A DNA stretch of 64,000 bases from an uncultured Prevotellaceae bacterium (lineage in GTDB: Bacteria; Bacteroidota; Bacteroidia; Bacteroidales; Bacteroidaceae): contig CAMJLB010000001.1 in assembly GCA_946406555.1 (NCBI GenBank), positions 22,769 through 86,768 on the forward strand, in the 5' to 3' direction. Each line of letters starts with the position of its first letter. The stretch's first letter is position 1. The position numbers were made by a program, and so were the translations under genes. Shown piece by piece: positions 1-10,075 of this stretch. The notes beneath the pieces were generated by a model that did not search any database, was not told the origin of the DNA, and saw only the letters and a program-made list of their open reading frames with translations.

Positions 1-1
1 C

Positions 2-2710
2 ACCAACAATGGTGACATCACCGCCATGGCGCAAGATGCCGAGGGCCGTATGTGGTACGGAACAAGCGACGATGGCATTATAGACTACAATGGCCAGTTG
101 GCTAGTATGAAAGTCACAGCCATGATCTATACGAACGACAGCAGCCTGTGGGTCGGCTCTAAGCAAAACGGCCTGACGCGCATAAAAAACGGCCACGTCC
201 AAATCTATTCCACCGGAGACAACAACAAGAAGACACTGATTGACGACCATGTGAACGCATTGGCACAAGACAAGACAGGCAACCTGTGGATAGCTACCGA
301 TGGTGGCGTTCAGGTATATAATCTGAAAATGGGAACGTTCTCGAACTACACCAAGGAGAGCGGTAAGCTGAAGGTGAACACCGTCACTTCACTTTTCTAT
401 GCCCAAAACCACAAGATGCTTATTGGTACCTCTGAAGGTCTGACAATCATGACCATATCAAACAGCGAGTCGAAACATCTCACTGGCAACAGCACCAACA
501 TGAAGCGCTTCACCAACAACTATGTGACCCAGGTGTTTGAAGACTCTCGGGGCCTCATCTGGGTAGGCACTCGCGAAGGTGTAAACATTCTGAATCCCGA
601 AACCGACGCGCTCGATTATCTCACTGAGAAACAGGGAGGCTTATGCAACAATAACGTATGCGGCATAGCCGAAGACCCAAGCCACAATATATGGATTACG
701 ACGAGCAATGGAGTGAGCCGCGTGGTGCTACAGCGCAACCACGAAGACGGAAGCTACGGCTACGGCATGTACAACTACTCACAAACCGATGGCTTGCTGA
801 GCAACGAGTTCAACCTGGGTTCCATTTTCACGAAGCAAGACGGCCAAGTGCTCATGGGTGGACTTTACGGTGTGAACTGGGTGCGCCCAAAGACGGCCGA
901 CGAGGCAAATTCGATGCCACGAGTAATGCTTACCGAACTATACATTGGCGAGGAAGAGATACTTACAGGACATGAGTATAATGGGCATGTGCCCCTGCCG
1001 CAAGCACTCAACGAGAGCAACAGCATCAAGCTGAACAACGACCAAAACACATTCACCATAAAGTTTGCGGCAGGCAACTACAACCAAAGCGAGCGCCTGC
1101 AGTTTAACTACTGGATGGAGAACCTTGAAGAAGACTGGCACCACGGTGACGCGATGAAACACGGCGTGACGTTTACAAACCTAAAAAGCGGATGGTACAA
1201 GAGCGGCGTGTACAGACTGCACGTCAAGGCCATCAACGCAGAAGGAACCGTGAGCGACCAAGAGCGCATCATCGAAATAAGAATAGCCCAGCCTTGGTAT
1301 CTGCAATGGTGGATGCTGCTTTTCTATGCTACCATCATCATCATTGCCCTCTATCTCTGGAAGATCGGCATCGACCAGATACGCAACTTATGGAAGAAAA
1401 AGAAAGAACTGCTCAAACAACTGGAGCAGCAGCGCGAAGAGATAAAAGCCACTGGCGACGAACTGCGTCAGCCTATGGCTCGCATGACTTCGATTATCAT
1501 GAACCTTGCCGAACGCGATACTTCGCTCGAAGAGCGTGAACAACTGAATACGCTGCATTCGCAGATGCTGCAGATCATCACCCGCGTGAGCGACATGCAG
1601 TCGGCCCTCGAGCACCCCGAAGAGAAAGCCAAGCAAATGGTGAACAAGAACTTCGAGCTCGACAGCCATGGCGAGATGAACCTGCCCGACACGGTGAGCG
1701 ACGAGCTTACTTCAGAGATTCGACAGCAATACCGCGACTCTCCCACGTCGAAATTCCGCGTCATGTTTGTCGACGACAGCGAAGACTTCGTGAAGTTCGT
1801 CGACGCGCGGCTGCGCTACGTCTACGACTTCCACAGCTACATCGACATCATCAATGCCATGAGCGATGCCGAAACCACCATGCCCGACCTCATCATCTGC
1901 AAGCAAGACATGAGCCCCATGACAGGCAGCGACTTCTGCAACCACATAAAAACGCATCCGCAATTGCAGAAAATAAAATTTGTACTCATGACCGAAGGCA
2001 AGTTGAGCGGACAGGAACTGCAGAATCAGCATATCACTATGGCTGCCGACGACTATCTGGCCAAGCCCTTCAACCTTCAAGAAGCCGCCATGCGCTTCAA
2101 CAAGTTGATGGGCCTTGGAGCCTACGAGATGACCAGCGACCTTATCGAGGGTGCCGAGACTCGCCTGCTCGAAGGCCACAACTCAAGCATGACCACCGCC
2201 ACAGAAAGCATCGACTACGGCAGCTTCAACCCCGTGGCCGACAACGCCGAACCCGATGAAGAGATGAAGGCTGTCGAGGTGCAGTTCATCAGAAAAGACA
2301 CTTCCATGACCTCAGCACAGAACGACCAGCCCGTGAGTGAGGAAGAAACCGAATTCAGCGAGTACTCCATGAACGATGCCATGGACCGCCAGCTCATCAA
2401 GAGCATTGAGCAGTACGTGCAGCAGAACATGAGCCGTGGACAGATAAGCCTCGAAGAAATGGCACAGGCCATGGGCATGGGCATGCGGCCTTTCTTCCAG
2501 AAAGTGCGCGACATCACAGGAAAGACACCTGCCGAAGTAGTGCGCGACATGCGTCTCAAGCACGCATGCCTCTTACTCAAACGCACAAACATCAACATGA
2601 GCGAACTGGCAAACAACGTTGGTTTTACCACCGGCCAGCATTTCATCAACATTTTCAAAGAGAAGTTCGGCATCTCTCCTTCAGAATACAGACTTAAATA
2701 TCGCAAATGA
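2..2710 (+). CDS. Hybrid two-component-like regulator (beta-propeller sensor, Y_Y_Y, TM, degenerate HisKA, degenerate REC, AraC HTH); 5'-partial
   Basis: Frame is open from the window edge. It has repeated propeller motifs (LWVGS, LWIAT, IWVGT), a TM segment PWYLQWWMLL, and a C-terminal AraC signature (ELANNVGF...FKEKFGISPSEYR). Confidence 0.85.
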   Translation, partial: TNNGDITAMAQDAEGRMWYGTSDDGIIDYNGQLASMKVTAMIYTNDSSLWVGSKQNGLTRIKNGHVQIYSTGDNNKKTLIDDHVNALAQDKTGNLWIATDGGVQVYNLKMGTFSNYTKESGKLKVNTVTSLFYAQNHKMLIGTSEGLTIMTISNSESKHLTGNSTNMKRFTNNYVTQVFEDSRGLIWVGTREGVNILNPETDALDYLTEKQGGLCNNNVCGIAEDPSHNIWITTSNGVSRVVLQRNHEDGSYGYGMYNYSQTDGLLSNEFNLGSIFTKQDGQVLMGGLYGVNWVRPKTADEANSMPRVMLTELYIGEEEILTGHEYNGHVPLPQALNESNSIKLNNDQNTFTIKFAAGNYNQSERLQFNYWMENLEEDWHHGDAMKHGVTFTNLKSGWYKSGVYRLHVKAINAEGTVSDQERIIEIRIAQPWYLQWWMLLFYATIIIIALYLWKIGIDQIRNLWKKKKELLKQLEQQREEIKATGDELRQPMARMTSIIMNLAERDTSLEEREQLNTLHSQMLQIITRVSDMQSALEHPEEKAKQMVNKNFELDSHGEMNLPDTVSDELTSEIRQQYRDSPTSKFRVMFVDDSEDFVKFVDARLRYVYDFHSYIDIINAMSDAETTMPDLIICKQDMSPMTGSDFCNHIKTHPQLQKIKFVLMTEGKLSGQELQNQHITMAADDYLAKPFNLQEAAMRFNKLMGLGAYEMTSDLIEGAETRLLEGHNSSMTTATESIDYGSFNPVADNAEPDEEMKAVEVQFIRKDTSMTSAQNDQPVSEEETEFSEYSMNDAMDRQLIKSIEQYVQQNMSRGQISLEEMAQAMGMGMRPFFQKVRDITGKTPAEVVRDMRLKHACLLLKRTNINMSELANNVGFTTGQHFINIFKEKFGISPSEYRLKYRK

Positions 2711-3999
2711 CATTTATCCATTCAAAAATAGTGAGGACGACAAGCTGCGTCCTCACTTCTCTATGCCTCACGCTGGGCGCAGAAGCACAAGACGCCCTCA
2801 CCTCCGATTCCATCATTTTTCATCAACTGAAAGACTACGGAATCAACTTCACTCACAACAACCATGTCACCCTGCTCATGAGCGGACAGCAGAAGTTCGA
2901 CGACATGTTTGCCGCCATACGTCAGGCACGCCACAGCATACATCTTGAATACTTCAACTTTCGCAACGATTCTATTGCCACGCTGCTCTTCGACCTTCTG
3001 CGCCAGAAGCGAAAGGAAGGCGTAGAGGTACGAGCACTCTTCGATGGCTTTGGCAACGACTCCAACAACCAACCGCTGAAGAAGCACCACCTCCAGTCAC
3101 TGCGCAACGACAGTATCGACATCTGGGAATTCGACCCCATACGTTTCCCCTGGGTAAACCATATATGGCCACGCGATCACCGCAAGATTGTGGTAATCGA
3201 CGGTTCCATTGCTTATACTGGAGGCATGAACGTGGCCGACTATTATATTAATGGCACCGAACAGGTAGGAGAATGGCGCGACATGCACTGCCGTATCGAG
3301 GGTGGTGCCGTCAATGAGCTGCAACTCATCTTTGCCCGCATCTGGCAAAAGGTCACTGGCGAAGACATCTGGCGACCGGAATATTTCAGAGCCTTCGACC
3401 CCTACCCCTTTCATGGCCTGCGCCCCGACACCACCAGTACCGCCGGCCATAAATTGGTGGGCATTGCCAACCGCGAGCCCCACACCACAAACGACGTGAT
3501 GCGATACCTGTATATCTCGGCCATCAATGCAGCCCACGATTCCATACGCATCATCAACCCCTATTTCACGCTGGTACCTTCGGTGCACAAGGCCATCAAG
3601 CAGGCCATCGACCGGGGCGTCAAGGTCGACATCATGGTGTCGGCCAAGAGCGATGTGCCACTTACGCCCGACTGCGTGTTCTACAATGTACATAAGCTCA
3701 TGAAGCGTGGTGCCCGTATATGGCTCTACCAACCAGGGTTCCACCATTCCAAGATTATGATGGTCGACGGGAGGTTCTGTACCGTGGGGTCCGCAAATCT
3801 TGACGCACGTGGCATGCGCTTCGACTATGAAGAGAATGCCGTAATCATAGACCGCCCAACCACCAAGCAACTCGACGACATGTTCGACCGCGACAAGCAG
3901 AAAAGCGTTTTTCTTACCGAGCAGGAATGGGATGCCTTCCGCACCCCATGGCAGAAGTTCCGCGGTTGGTTTGGCCATTTGCTGCGCCCGTTTCTTTAA
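2707..3999 (+). CDS. cls: Cardiolipin synthase (phospholipase D family)
   Basis: Two HKD motifs: HRKIVVID and HSKIMMVD...GSAN. Confidence 0.88.
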   Translation: MTFIHSKIVRTTSCVLTSLCLTLGAEAQDALTSDSIIFHQLKDYGINFTHNNHVTLLMSGQQKFDDMFAAIRQARHSIHLEYFNFRNDSIATLLFDLLRQKRKEGVEVRALFDGFGNDSNNQPLKKHHLQSLRNDSIDIWEFDPIRFPWVNHIWPRDHRKIVVIDGSIAYTGGMNVADYYINGTEQVGEWRDMHCRIEGGAVNELQLIFARIWQKVTGEDIWRPEYFRAFDPYPFHGLRPDTTSTAGHKLVGIANREPHTTNDVMRYLYISAINAAHDSIRIINPYFTLVPSVHKAIKQAIDRGVKVDIMVSAKSDVPLTPDCVFYNVHKLMKRGARIWLYQPGFHHSKIMMVDGRFCTVGSANLDARGMRFDYEENAVIIDRPTTKQLDDMFDRDKQKSVFLTEQEWDAFRTPWQKFRGWFGHLLRPFL

Positions 4000-4016
4000 A
4001 AAATGAAGAGTGAAGA

Positions 4017-4595
4017 ATGAAAAGCGACAAAATCATTTTGGGCATCGACCCGGGCACCAATATCATGGGTTACGGCGTGCTGAGCGTGACCAGCGGCAAG
4101 GCGCAAATGATAACCATGGGAGTAATAGATCTTCGCAAGTTCACCGATGGCTATCTGAAGCTGGGCCATATCTTCGAGCGCGTCACGGGCATCATCGATT
4201 CGTTTCTACCCGACGAGTTGGCCATCGAAGCCCCCTTCTTTGGTAAAAACGTTCAGTCTATGTTGAAGCTGGGGCGTGCACAGGGAGTAGCCATAGCAGC
4301 CGCCATACGCCACAGCGTACCTATTCATGAATATGCGCCCATGAAAATAAAAATGGCTCTCACTGGCAACGGTTCTGCATCGAAAGAACAAGTAGCAGGC
4401 ATGTTGCAACGCCTGTTGAAAATAAGGCAGGAAGACATGGGCAAATTCATGGACGCCACCGATGCCCTGGCAGCCGCCTATTGTCATTACCTGCAGATGG
4501 GACGCCCCGACAGCGATGCGCCCCACTATAAGGGATGGAAAGACTACGTAAACAAGAATCAAGAGAAAGTATGGAAGAACAAGACGCCAAAATAA
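4017..4595 (+). CDS. ruvC: Holliday junction resolvase RuvC
   Basis: ILGIDPG start, LAIE, GxASKEQV and DATDALA motifs. Confidence 0.95.
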   Translation: MKSDKIILGIDPGTNIMGYGVLSVTSGKAQMITMGVIDLRKFTDGYLKLGHIFERVTGIIDSFLPDELAIEAPFFGKNVQSMLKLGRAQGVAIAAAIRHSVPIHEYAPMKIKMALTGNGSASKEQVAGMLQRLLKIRQEDMGKFMDATDALAAAYCHYLQMGRPDSDAPHYKGWKDYVNKNQEKVWKNKTPK

Positions 4596-5869
4596 CCGTG
4601 GTCTTCGGTCCCAATGGCTGCGGTAAGACGCTGTGGGCCGAACAGATGAGACGACAACTCGCCAGCGACCGTGTGCGCTATGTAGCATTCAGCGATGCCT
4701 ATGGCCCTGCCACCGACAAGGCCTACTACCTGCAACTGCGCTGGAACCAGCACGACATAGACCAGGAAACGCCACTGGTAGGCCAACTGCTGCAACGAAG
4801 CTACCTGCTGAGCGGTGCCGACACCCCCGAGCGCCAAGCCATTCGCGACCGTCTCTATGCCTTGTTTGGCTTCGAGTCGCTGCTCGACAAATACATCATC
4901 TTGCTCTCAAGCGGCGAGCTGCGAAAGTTTCAGCTCATCAAGACGCTGATGGCCAACCCGCAGACGCTCATTCTCGACAACCCCTTTATAGGGCTTGATG
5001 CCAATACCCGCCAGCAGGTGAGCGACCTGCTCTACCGCCTCTCTCGTGAGCAGCACATCCATATCTACCTCATCCTTGCCAGGTCGGGCGATGTGCCCTC
5101 CTTTGCCGACGAGGTGATCGACATGGGCACCACCCCACCCTTCCATCCCTCACCCGCACTACAGCAACTGGCTTCTCTGCCATCATCGTCCACCGACTAC
5201 CAGCAACCCATGGTCATCAGCATGCGCAACGTGAGCATACGCTATGGGCAACGCACCATTCTGAAAGACCTTAACTGGGAGGTGAGAAACGGCGAACGAT
5301 GGGCACTGCAAGGCCCCAATGGCAGTGGCAAGAGCACCCTGCTCTCGCTCGTCTGTGCCGACAATCCCCAGGGCTACGCCTGCGACATCACGCTCTTTGG
5401 CCACCAACGCGGGTCGGGCGAGAGCATCTGGCAGCTGAAACGACATATAGGCTACGTTTCGCCAGAAATGCACCGCTCCTACCTGCGCGACCTGCCTGCC
5501 GTAAATGTGGTGGCCAGCGGACTGAAAGACACCGTAGGACTCTACGTAAGACCCAGCGAAGAAGAAAAAGAGCAATGCCGCTGGTGGATGCGCCTCTTTG
5601 GCATCGACGACCTTGCCACTCGCTCCTTCCTCCACCTCAGCAGCGGCCAACAGCGCATGGTGCTCGTTTGTCGTGCCTTCGTGAAAGACCCCGAGCTACT
5701 CATTCTCGACGAACCACTGCATGGTCTCGATGACTATAATCGCATGCTTGTGCGCCACGTCATCGACACTTTCTGCCAGCGCCCCAACAAGACGCTCATC
5801 ATGGTCACCCACTATGCCGATGAGCTGCCCCCATGCATAAATAAACATTTATTCCTTACAAAGCAATGA
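4571..5869 (+). CDS. ModF-like ABC ATP-binding protein with two ATPase domains
   Basis: Walker A motifs GPNGCGKT and GPNGSGKS; LSSGE/LSSGQ signatures; ILDNP/ILDEP. The start at ATG 4571 is preferred over 4535. Confidence 0.8.
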   Translation: MEEQDAKITVVFGPNGCGKTLWAEQMRRQLASDRVRYVAFSDAYGPATDKAYYLQLRWNQHDIDQETPLVGQLLQRSYLLSGADTPERQAIRDRLYALFGFESLLDKYIILLSSGELRKFQLIKTLMANPQTLILDNPFIGLDANTRQQVSDLLYRLSREQHIHIYLILARSGDVPSFADEVIDMGTTPPFHPSPALQQLASLPSSSTDYQQPMVISMRNVSIRYGQRTILKDLNWEVRNGERWALQGPNGSGKSTLLSLVCADNPQGYACDITLFGHQRGSGESIWQLKRHIGYVSPEMHRSYLRDLPAVNVVASGLKDTVGLYVRPSEEEKEQCRWWMRLFGIDDLATRSFLHLSSGQQRMVLVCRAFVKDPELLILDEPLHGLDDYNRMLVRHVIDTFCQRPNKTLIMVTHYADELPPCINKHLFLTKQ

Positions 5870-6354
5870 AAAAATACACATTTGGCCTGCTTCTACTGCT
5901 TCTTTGCAGCATGGAGCTTCATGCGCAAAACGTTTACACGCAAATACGCCAGAAGGCGCTTGCCGTCGTCAGCGATGCCAGCAGCAATGCCACGGTCAGG
6001 CAATACTGTCAGTTCAAAGTCGATGCCCTCGATTATATGGCTATGAAAATGAAAGAGAAGATGCCCGACTCTACTGCCACCTTCCTCGACAAGCAGGCAC
6101 TGGCACTCAACCAGTTCACCAGCCTCTACATGCAAGCCCTGTTCGACCATCGCACCGATCCAGCCACCTATCAGGTTAAACTCATCAAGCTGTTCATCGA
6201 TGCTTCCATCTCCAATCCCCTTTTCCACGACAACGACAGAGAACTCACTTTGAGCTACTTCGCGAATGCTGACAGCCCTACGCGGTTCTCACTCGACACC
6301 GACTGGCAGAGAGCCTATATTGTCGTGTACAGTGAACTAAAAAAGCTCAAATAA
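5866..6354 (+). CDS. Hypothetical secreted protein
   Basis: N-terminal signal peptide ([14 protein letters not shown]...AQ); ATGA overlap with the upstream gene. Confidence 0.75.
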   Translation: MKKYTFGLLLLLLCSMELHAQNVYTQIRQKALAVVSDASSNATVRQYCQFKVDALDYMAMKMKEKMPDSTATFLDKQALALNQFTSLYMQALFDHRTDPATYQVKLIKLFIDASISNPLFHDNDRELTLSYFANADSPTRFSLDTDWQRAYIVVYSELKKLK

Positions 6355-6405
6355 TAAAAAAATTCATACAAAAACACAAAACATGCTATAAAACATATAA
6401 GAATA

Positions 6406-6437
6406 TTTGTAAGGTTGACATAAATCAACTACCTTTG
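6406..6437 (+). promoter_or_regulatory. Bacteroidota sigma-A promoter (-33 TTTG / -7 TACCTTTG)
   Basis: TTTG at 6406-6409, a 20-nt spacer, then TACCTTTG at 6430-6437. No plus-strand CDS follows. Confidence 0.65.
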
Positions 6438-6440
6438 CAG

Positions 6441-6525
6441 CGTTATCCTGAATACAATCTTTTTACCTTAAAAGACTAATACCTATTAAGACAAATGACT
6501 CACGCTGTGAAGCGCGGGTCATTTT
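6441..6525 (+). ncRNA. Candidate small RNA (~85 nt)
   Basis: Lies between a complete promoter and an intrinsic terminator in a convergent intergenic gap; no ORF inside. Confidence 0.55.
6493..6525. terminator. Intrinsic terminator hairpin, possibly bidirectional
   Basis: AAATGACTCACGC-TGTGAA-GCGCGGGTCATTTT. Confidence 0.7.
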
Positions 6526-6542
6526 CAATTTTCGCTTAACGC

Positions 6543-7391
6543 TCAACGCTTCACCAAATTATCCTCGGAATCCTCATAATGGTCGGTCTTATGGAAAATG
6601 CGCCCAATACCCTTCAACTGTATTCTGGCATGCTCCACAAAGCTTTGCCACAATGAGTGGTTGCCTATCGTTCCATAACCGGTCACGGCTTTGCACCGTC
6701 TGTCGCGCACAAACACGATGCGACCATATTTCTTTAGTGCCAGTGCCATCGAACCGTCTTCGCCTCGTATGATATCTACCCGGTAAGGTTCTTTGCGACC
6801 ATAGTCGGCATTATAGGCAAACACCAGACCGCGCACCGACAGTTCCGGACGCTTGAAATGCTGAATCCACAGGAATAGGTCGCGTGCCATTTCAAACAGT
6901 CTCAGCGCCAGCTTCGAATGTTCTTGGTCGGGAAAGTAACTCCACGTGGCCGACACACAGGCCACGCCTTCCTTTAGCAGCTGCTCTATCATCACTTCAT
7001 AATAGAGTGGCGGATAGAGCGTGTCGCTGTCTACATCAAAATAGAACCTGCCTTTGGCATGCTCCAGTCCGCAGCGGCGGGCATATCCACACGAGTGCTG
7101 ATACTCAGTATAAAACGGTATACCCGATTTCTCATAGATCTCGGCTGTGCGGTCTTTCGAGTCATTGTCTACGCCGATAATCTCCACGGGATATCTACAT
7201 TTTATCTCGCTCAAAGCCCACAGGCATGCCTGCAGGTGTTTCTCTTCGTTATAGGCAATCACCACGATCGAGGCCAACGGCTCGTCGCTCTGCAGCTGGG
7301 CCAGTCGTTCGCGCGTTTCGTTCACTACGCTGGCCGGCACCTCGCTGAAGGGCTTCCCATAGATTGTCATGTATTTGTCGTACCAAGCCAT
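6543..7391 (-). CDS. Glycosyltransferase family 2
   Basis: SIVVIAYNEE, VDNDSKD, DVDSD (DxD) and GED motifs. Confidence 0.88.
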   Translation of the reverse strand: MAWYDKYMTIYGKPFSEVPASVVNETRERLAQLQSDEPLASIVVIAYNEEKHLQACLWALSEIKCRYPVEIIGVDNDSKDRTAEIYEKSGIPFYTEYQHSCGYARRCGLEHAKGRFYFDVDSDTLYPPLYYEVMIEQLLKEGVACVSATWSYFPDQEHSKLALRLFEMARDLFLWIQHFKRPELSVRGLVFAYNADYGRKEPYRVDIIRGEDGSMALALKKYGRIVFVRDRRCKAVTGYGTIGNHSLWQSFVEHARIQLKGIGRIFHKTDHYEDSEDNLVKR

Positions 7392-7440
7392 ACTATTTCC
7401 ACATTATTATATTATTCAACTTCCTACAGTCCGTATATCC

Positions 7441-8577
7441 TTATGAGATTACACTCAAATAAGCCTGTTCCCATTCGGCCATCACCAGCTCTTTCTTATA
7501 GCGTGCCGCAGCCTTATAGGCCTTCAGCCCCATGGCTTTCCGCTCAGTCTCGTGAGCCATCATCCACTTCATCTTCACTGCCAGGTCCTTCACGTCCATT
7601 TTAGCCAACAGCCCGGTTTCGCCATCTGCGACAATCTCCGACGGCCCGTATGGGCAGTCGGTAGTCACGACGGGCAATCCGCAGGCCATGGCCTCTACTA
7701 TCACCAGCCCAAACCCTTCGAAATCGGAACTGAGCACAAACAGCTCGCTATGCATATAAGCGGCAACGATATCAGCCACCGGATCGTGCAACAGCACCTT
7801 TTGCTGCAAGCCCAAGCCTTCTATCTGCCGTTTTAGGTTTTCCTTTTCCTCGCCATCACCAAAGATGTCGACCACCCAGTCGGGATGTGTTTTTTCTATC
7901 AATGCGAAGGCATCTATCAGTCTGTCGAATCGTTTTTGTCGGGTAAGGCGTCCCACGCAAATCACGCGTTTCTCGTTGTGCTGCGGCATCAAATTCTGTT
8001 CAGGATAAAAAGGTATCGAATTCGGCAGCACCTTCACGTTACGAAAACCTTTTTCTTTCCAGCATGCAGCATCACCTTCTGTCAGCGCGATGAGCATGCT
8101 GCATTGCCTAAGTGCAGAGATGGGGTTCTGCCAAAGGAGTAGCAGCCTCTCGGTCAACCCGCGCTTGAGCACCTTGCGGCCAAAGGCCAGATGCGACTCC
8201 ACCACGACGGGTGTCTTCCCGGCTATGGCCATCAAGTCGTTCACGAACATCTCTGTCAGCGGCACGGTCACCACAATCACGTCGGGGCAGAAGGTATTCA
8301 ACACTTCGCCCATCCTTTCGCAGAATAGTCTTTTCACCCGGAAAGCCTCGCTCATTCTGCGCCATACGGGCTGCTTGTAGATAGAGAAGAAGTGGCAGGC
8401 CACGTCTGTATGACGCACTTGCCGACTCATCTCGTAGGCCATGGGGCCATTGCCTTGCTCAAACGTGACAATCATCACTTCATGCCCCTTCCCTGCAAGA
8501 TAATTTGCCTTGTCGGTAAGCATTCGCTCCAAACCGCCGACCGTCGACATTAAGCGCGTAAAATACAATAGTCTCAT
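7441..8577 (-). CDS. Glycosyltransferase family 4
   Basis: GGLER N-terminus, GRL..QK, and EGFGLVIVEAMACG (EX7E) motif. Confidence 0.9.
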   Translation of the reverse strand: MRLLYFTRLMSTVGGLERMLTDKANYLAGKGHEVMIVTFEQGNGPMAYEMSRQVRHTDVACHFFSIYKQPVWRRMSEAFRVKRLFCERMGEVLNTFCPDVIVVTVPLTEMFVNDLMAIAGKTPVVVESHLAFGRKVLKRGLTERLLLLWQNPISALRQCSMLIALTEGDAACWKEKGFRNVKVLPNSIPFYPEQNLMPQHNEKRVICVGRLTRQKRFDRLIDAFALIEKTHPDWVVDIFGDGEEKENLKRQIEGLGLQQKVLLHDPVADIVAAYMHSELFVLSSDFEGFGLVIVEAMACGLPVVTTDCPYGPSEIVADGETGLLAKMDVKDLAVKMKWMMAHETERKAMGLKAYKAAARYKKELVMAEWEQAYLSVIS

Positions 8578-9638
8578 AATCTGTACTTATTATGAAGAAA
8601 ATCAAACCTGTGGAACAAGCATGCCGCCACCGACTCCATCGCAAAATAATGATGCCTGAAGACCGCAATTTTCTGCAGCCACCGAAACGGGGCATACATC
8701 AATAAGAAGAAAGCTGCAACGAGCACCCGCCCATAACGCAAAGCCAGGAGCAGAAGCCGTTTTCTTACCAAACGGAATTCGCTCTCCACCGACGGCGAAG
8801 CATGCAGCTTAGACAACATGTCGAAGCCATTCATCATATAATTCGACATAAACAGCAAATAGTCTACCGTCATATTCCTTTCATACCTGTCGGCCGCAGG
8901 TGGATTGTCAAGCATCGTCGACGTGCTCACGGCATAGCTGTGCAGAATATGGTCAAGTCTTTCGCGCGTCAGTTTCCCATTCACTATCGACTTCTCATTA
9001 TATTCGTAGACATAGGTGACTTCAGTCAACAACAGCACCGACGACAAGCATGCAGACAACAGATAAGACCACGACTGATCTTCATAGACGATTCCCTCGA
9101 TGAAAGCGATGCCGTTCTCCGTCAGAAGGCTTCGCTTTATCATTTTGTTCCATGCATACAGATAGATTGAATGGCGCAGCATCCGCACAAGCAGTTCATC
9201 CCGGCTTCTGATAAGCATCGGGCTTTGCAGCCAGTGCAACAGCAAGCTGTTGTTCTTGCAATTCTTAACGTTGCCCACCACCATATCCACGCCAGGGTTG
9301 GCCTTCAGCTGCCTTGCAAACAGATCCATGCTGCCCGGCAGCAGATAGTCGTCGGAATCTATAAAAAGCACATAGTCGCCAGTGGCATGTGCCACGCCTG
9401 TGTTCCGGGCAGCAGAAAGCCCCCGATTCTCGGCATGGGCCACTACCTTCCAGCGCTCAGGCCCATCATAACCGTCTATCAGTCTTCTCACGATGCCCAT
9501 GCTCGCATCGCGGCCACAGTCGTCAACCACGATACACTCAATCATCGCGGCCGAGACTTCCTGAGCCATTACCGACTCTAAGCAACGCTGAACGTATGGC
9601 TCAACGTTGTAGACGGGTATAATCACAGAGAGGGTCAT
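8574..9638 (-). CDS. Glycosyltransferase family 2
   Basis: LSVIIPVYNVE, VDDC, GLSAARNTG, FIDSDD and YED motifs. Confidence 0.9.
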   Translation of the reverse strand: MTLSVIIPVYNVEPYVQRCLESVMAQEVSAAMIECIVVDDCGRDASMGIVRRLIDGYDGPERWKVVAHAENRGLSAARNTGVAHATGDYVLFIDSDDYLLPGSMDLFARQLKANPGVDMVVGNVKNCKNNSLLLHWLQSPMLIRSRDELLVRMLRHSIYLYAWNKMIKRSLLTENGIAFIEGIVYEDQSWSYLLSACLSSVLLLTEVTYVYEYNEKSIVNGKLTRERLDHILHSYAVSTSTMLDNPPAADRYERNMTVDYLLFMSNYMMNGFDMLSKLHASPSVESEFRLVRKRLLLLALRYGRVLVAAFFLLMYAPFRWLQKIAVFRHHYFAMESVAACLFHRFDFLHNKYRL

Positions 9639-9652
9639 CACCTTTTTATGTT

Positions 9653-9885
9653 TTAAGGTGGGTTCTTTTAATTCCCACGGTTTTGTTTTACATTGGTGGG
9701 GGGTTAACCTTTTGTCATCTTTCTGGCTCTTTTATCTTTATTTCATAAGTTTCATCAGAATCCCGAGCTGCGCTCGCCTGCCCGTAGCCTTTCGTGTAGC
9801 CCGCTACACTCCTTCTTCAACTTACAAAATAAAAGCCAAAATAGCTCAGAAATCTGCCAAAGCGAATTAACAGAACCCACCTTAA
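9653..9885. mobile_element. 233-bp element bounded by 22-bp inverted repeats (MITE-like, element A)
   Basis: TTAAGGTGGGTTCTTTTAATTC (9653-9674) versus GAATTAACAGAACCCACCTTAA (9864-9885), one mismatch. Internal hairpin GTGTAGC-CC-GCTACAC. Confidence 0.65.
9759..9791 (-). repeat. 33-bp micro-insert, copy 1
   Basis: AAGGCTACGGGCAGGCGAGCGCAGCTCGGGATT; absent from the aligned core of element B, and a related copy lies at 26566-26616. Confidence 0.65.
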
Positions 9886-9906
9886 GAAAGTGTTTATTCT
9901 TATTTG

Positions 9907-9914
9907 CAAAGATA
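9907..9914 (-). promoter_or_regulatory. -7 promoter element of the GT2-GT4-GT2 operon
   Basis: TATCTTTG followed by CA on the minus strand. Confidence 0.6.
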
Positions 9915-10021
9915 GCAAAAAAACGCGCTGTCGGCAAGAAAAAACAGTGCCGCAAGGGTTAAATATTATTAATCACAGCATTTCTCGTTTTTCCCCCTTC
10001 CTTTTTTCTCAATATATTTAG

Positions 10022-10029
10022 TAATTTTG
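10022..10029 (+). promoter_or_regulatory. -7 promoter element
   Basis: TAATTTTGCA about 45 bp upstream of the nucleotidyltransferase start. Confidence 0.55.
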
Positions 10030-10075
10030 CAAGCAGAATCTATTGATTTTTAACCTTTAAAACTATTTACAAGCA

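Noticed and set aside
1185-1214. 15-bp imperfect tandem duplication (KSGWY/KSGVY) in the HTCS gene
   Set aside because: It is a simple in-frame slippage event with no sign of a wider pattern.
9735-9830. Hammerhead-like CTGATGA...GAAA on the minus strand
   Set aside because: Stem II would be about 1 bp, and no stem I can form with the bases before CUGAUGA. The motif is explained by the element core.
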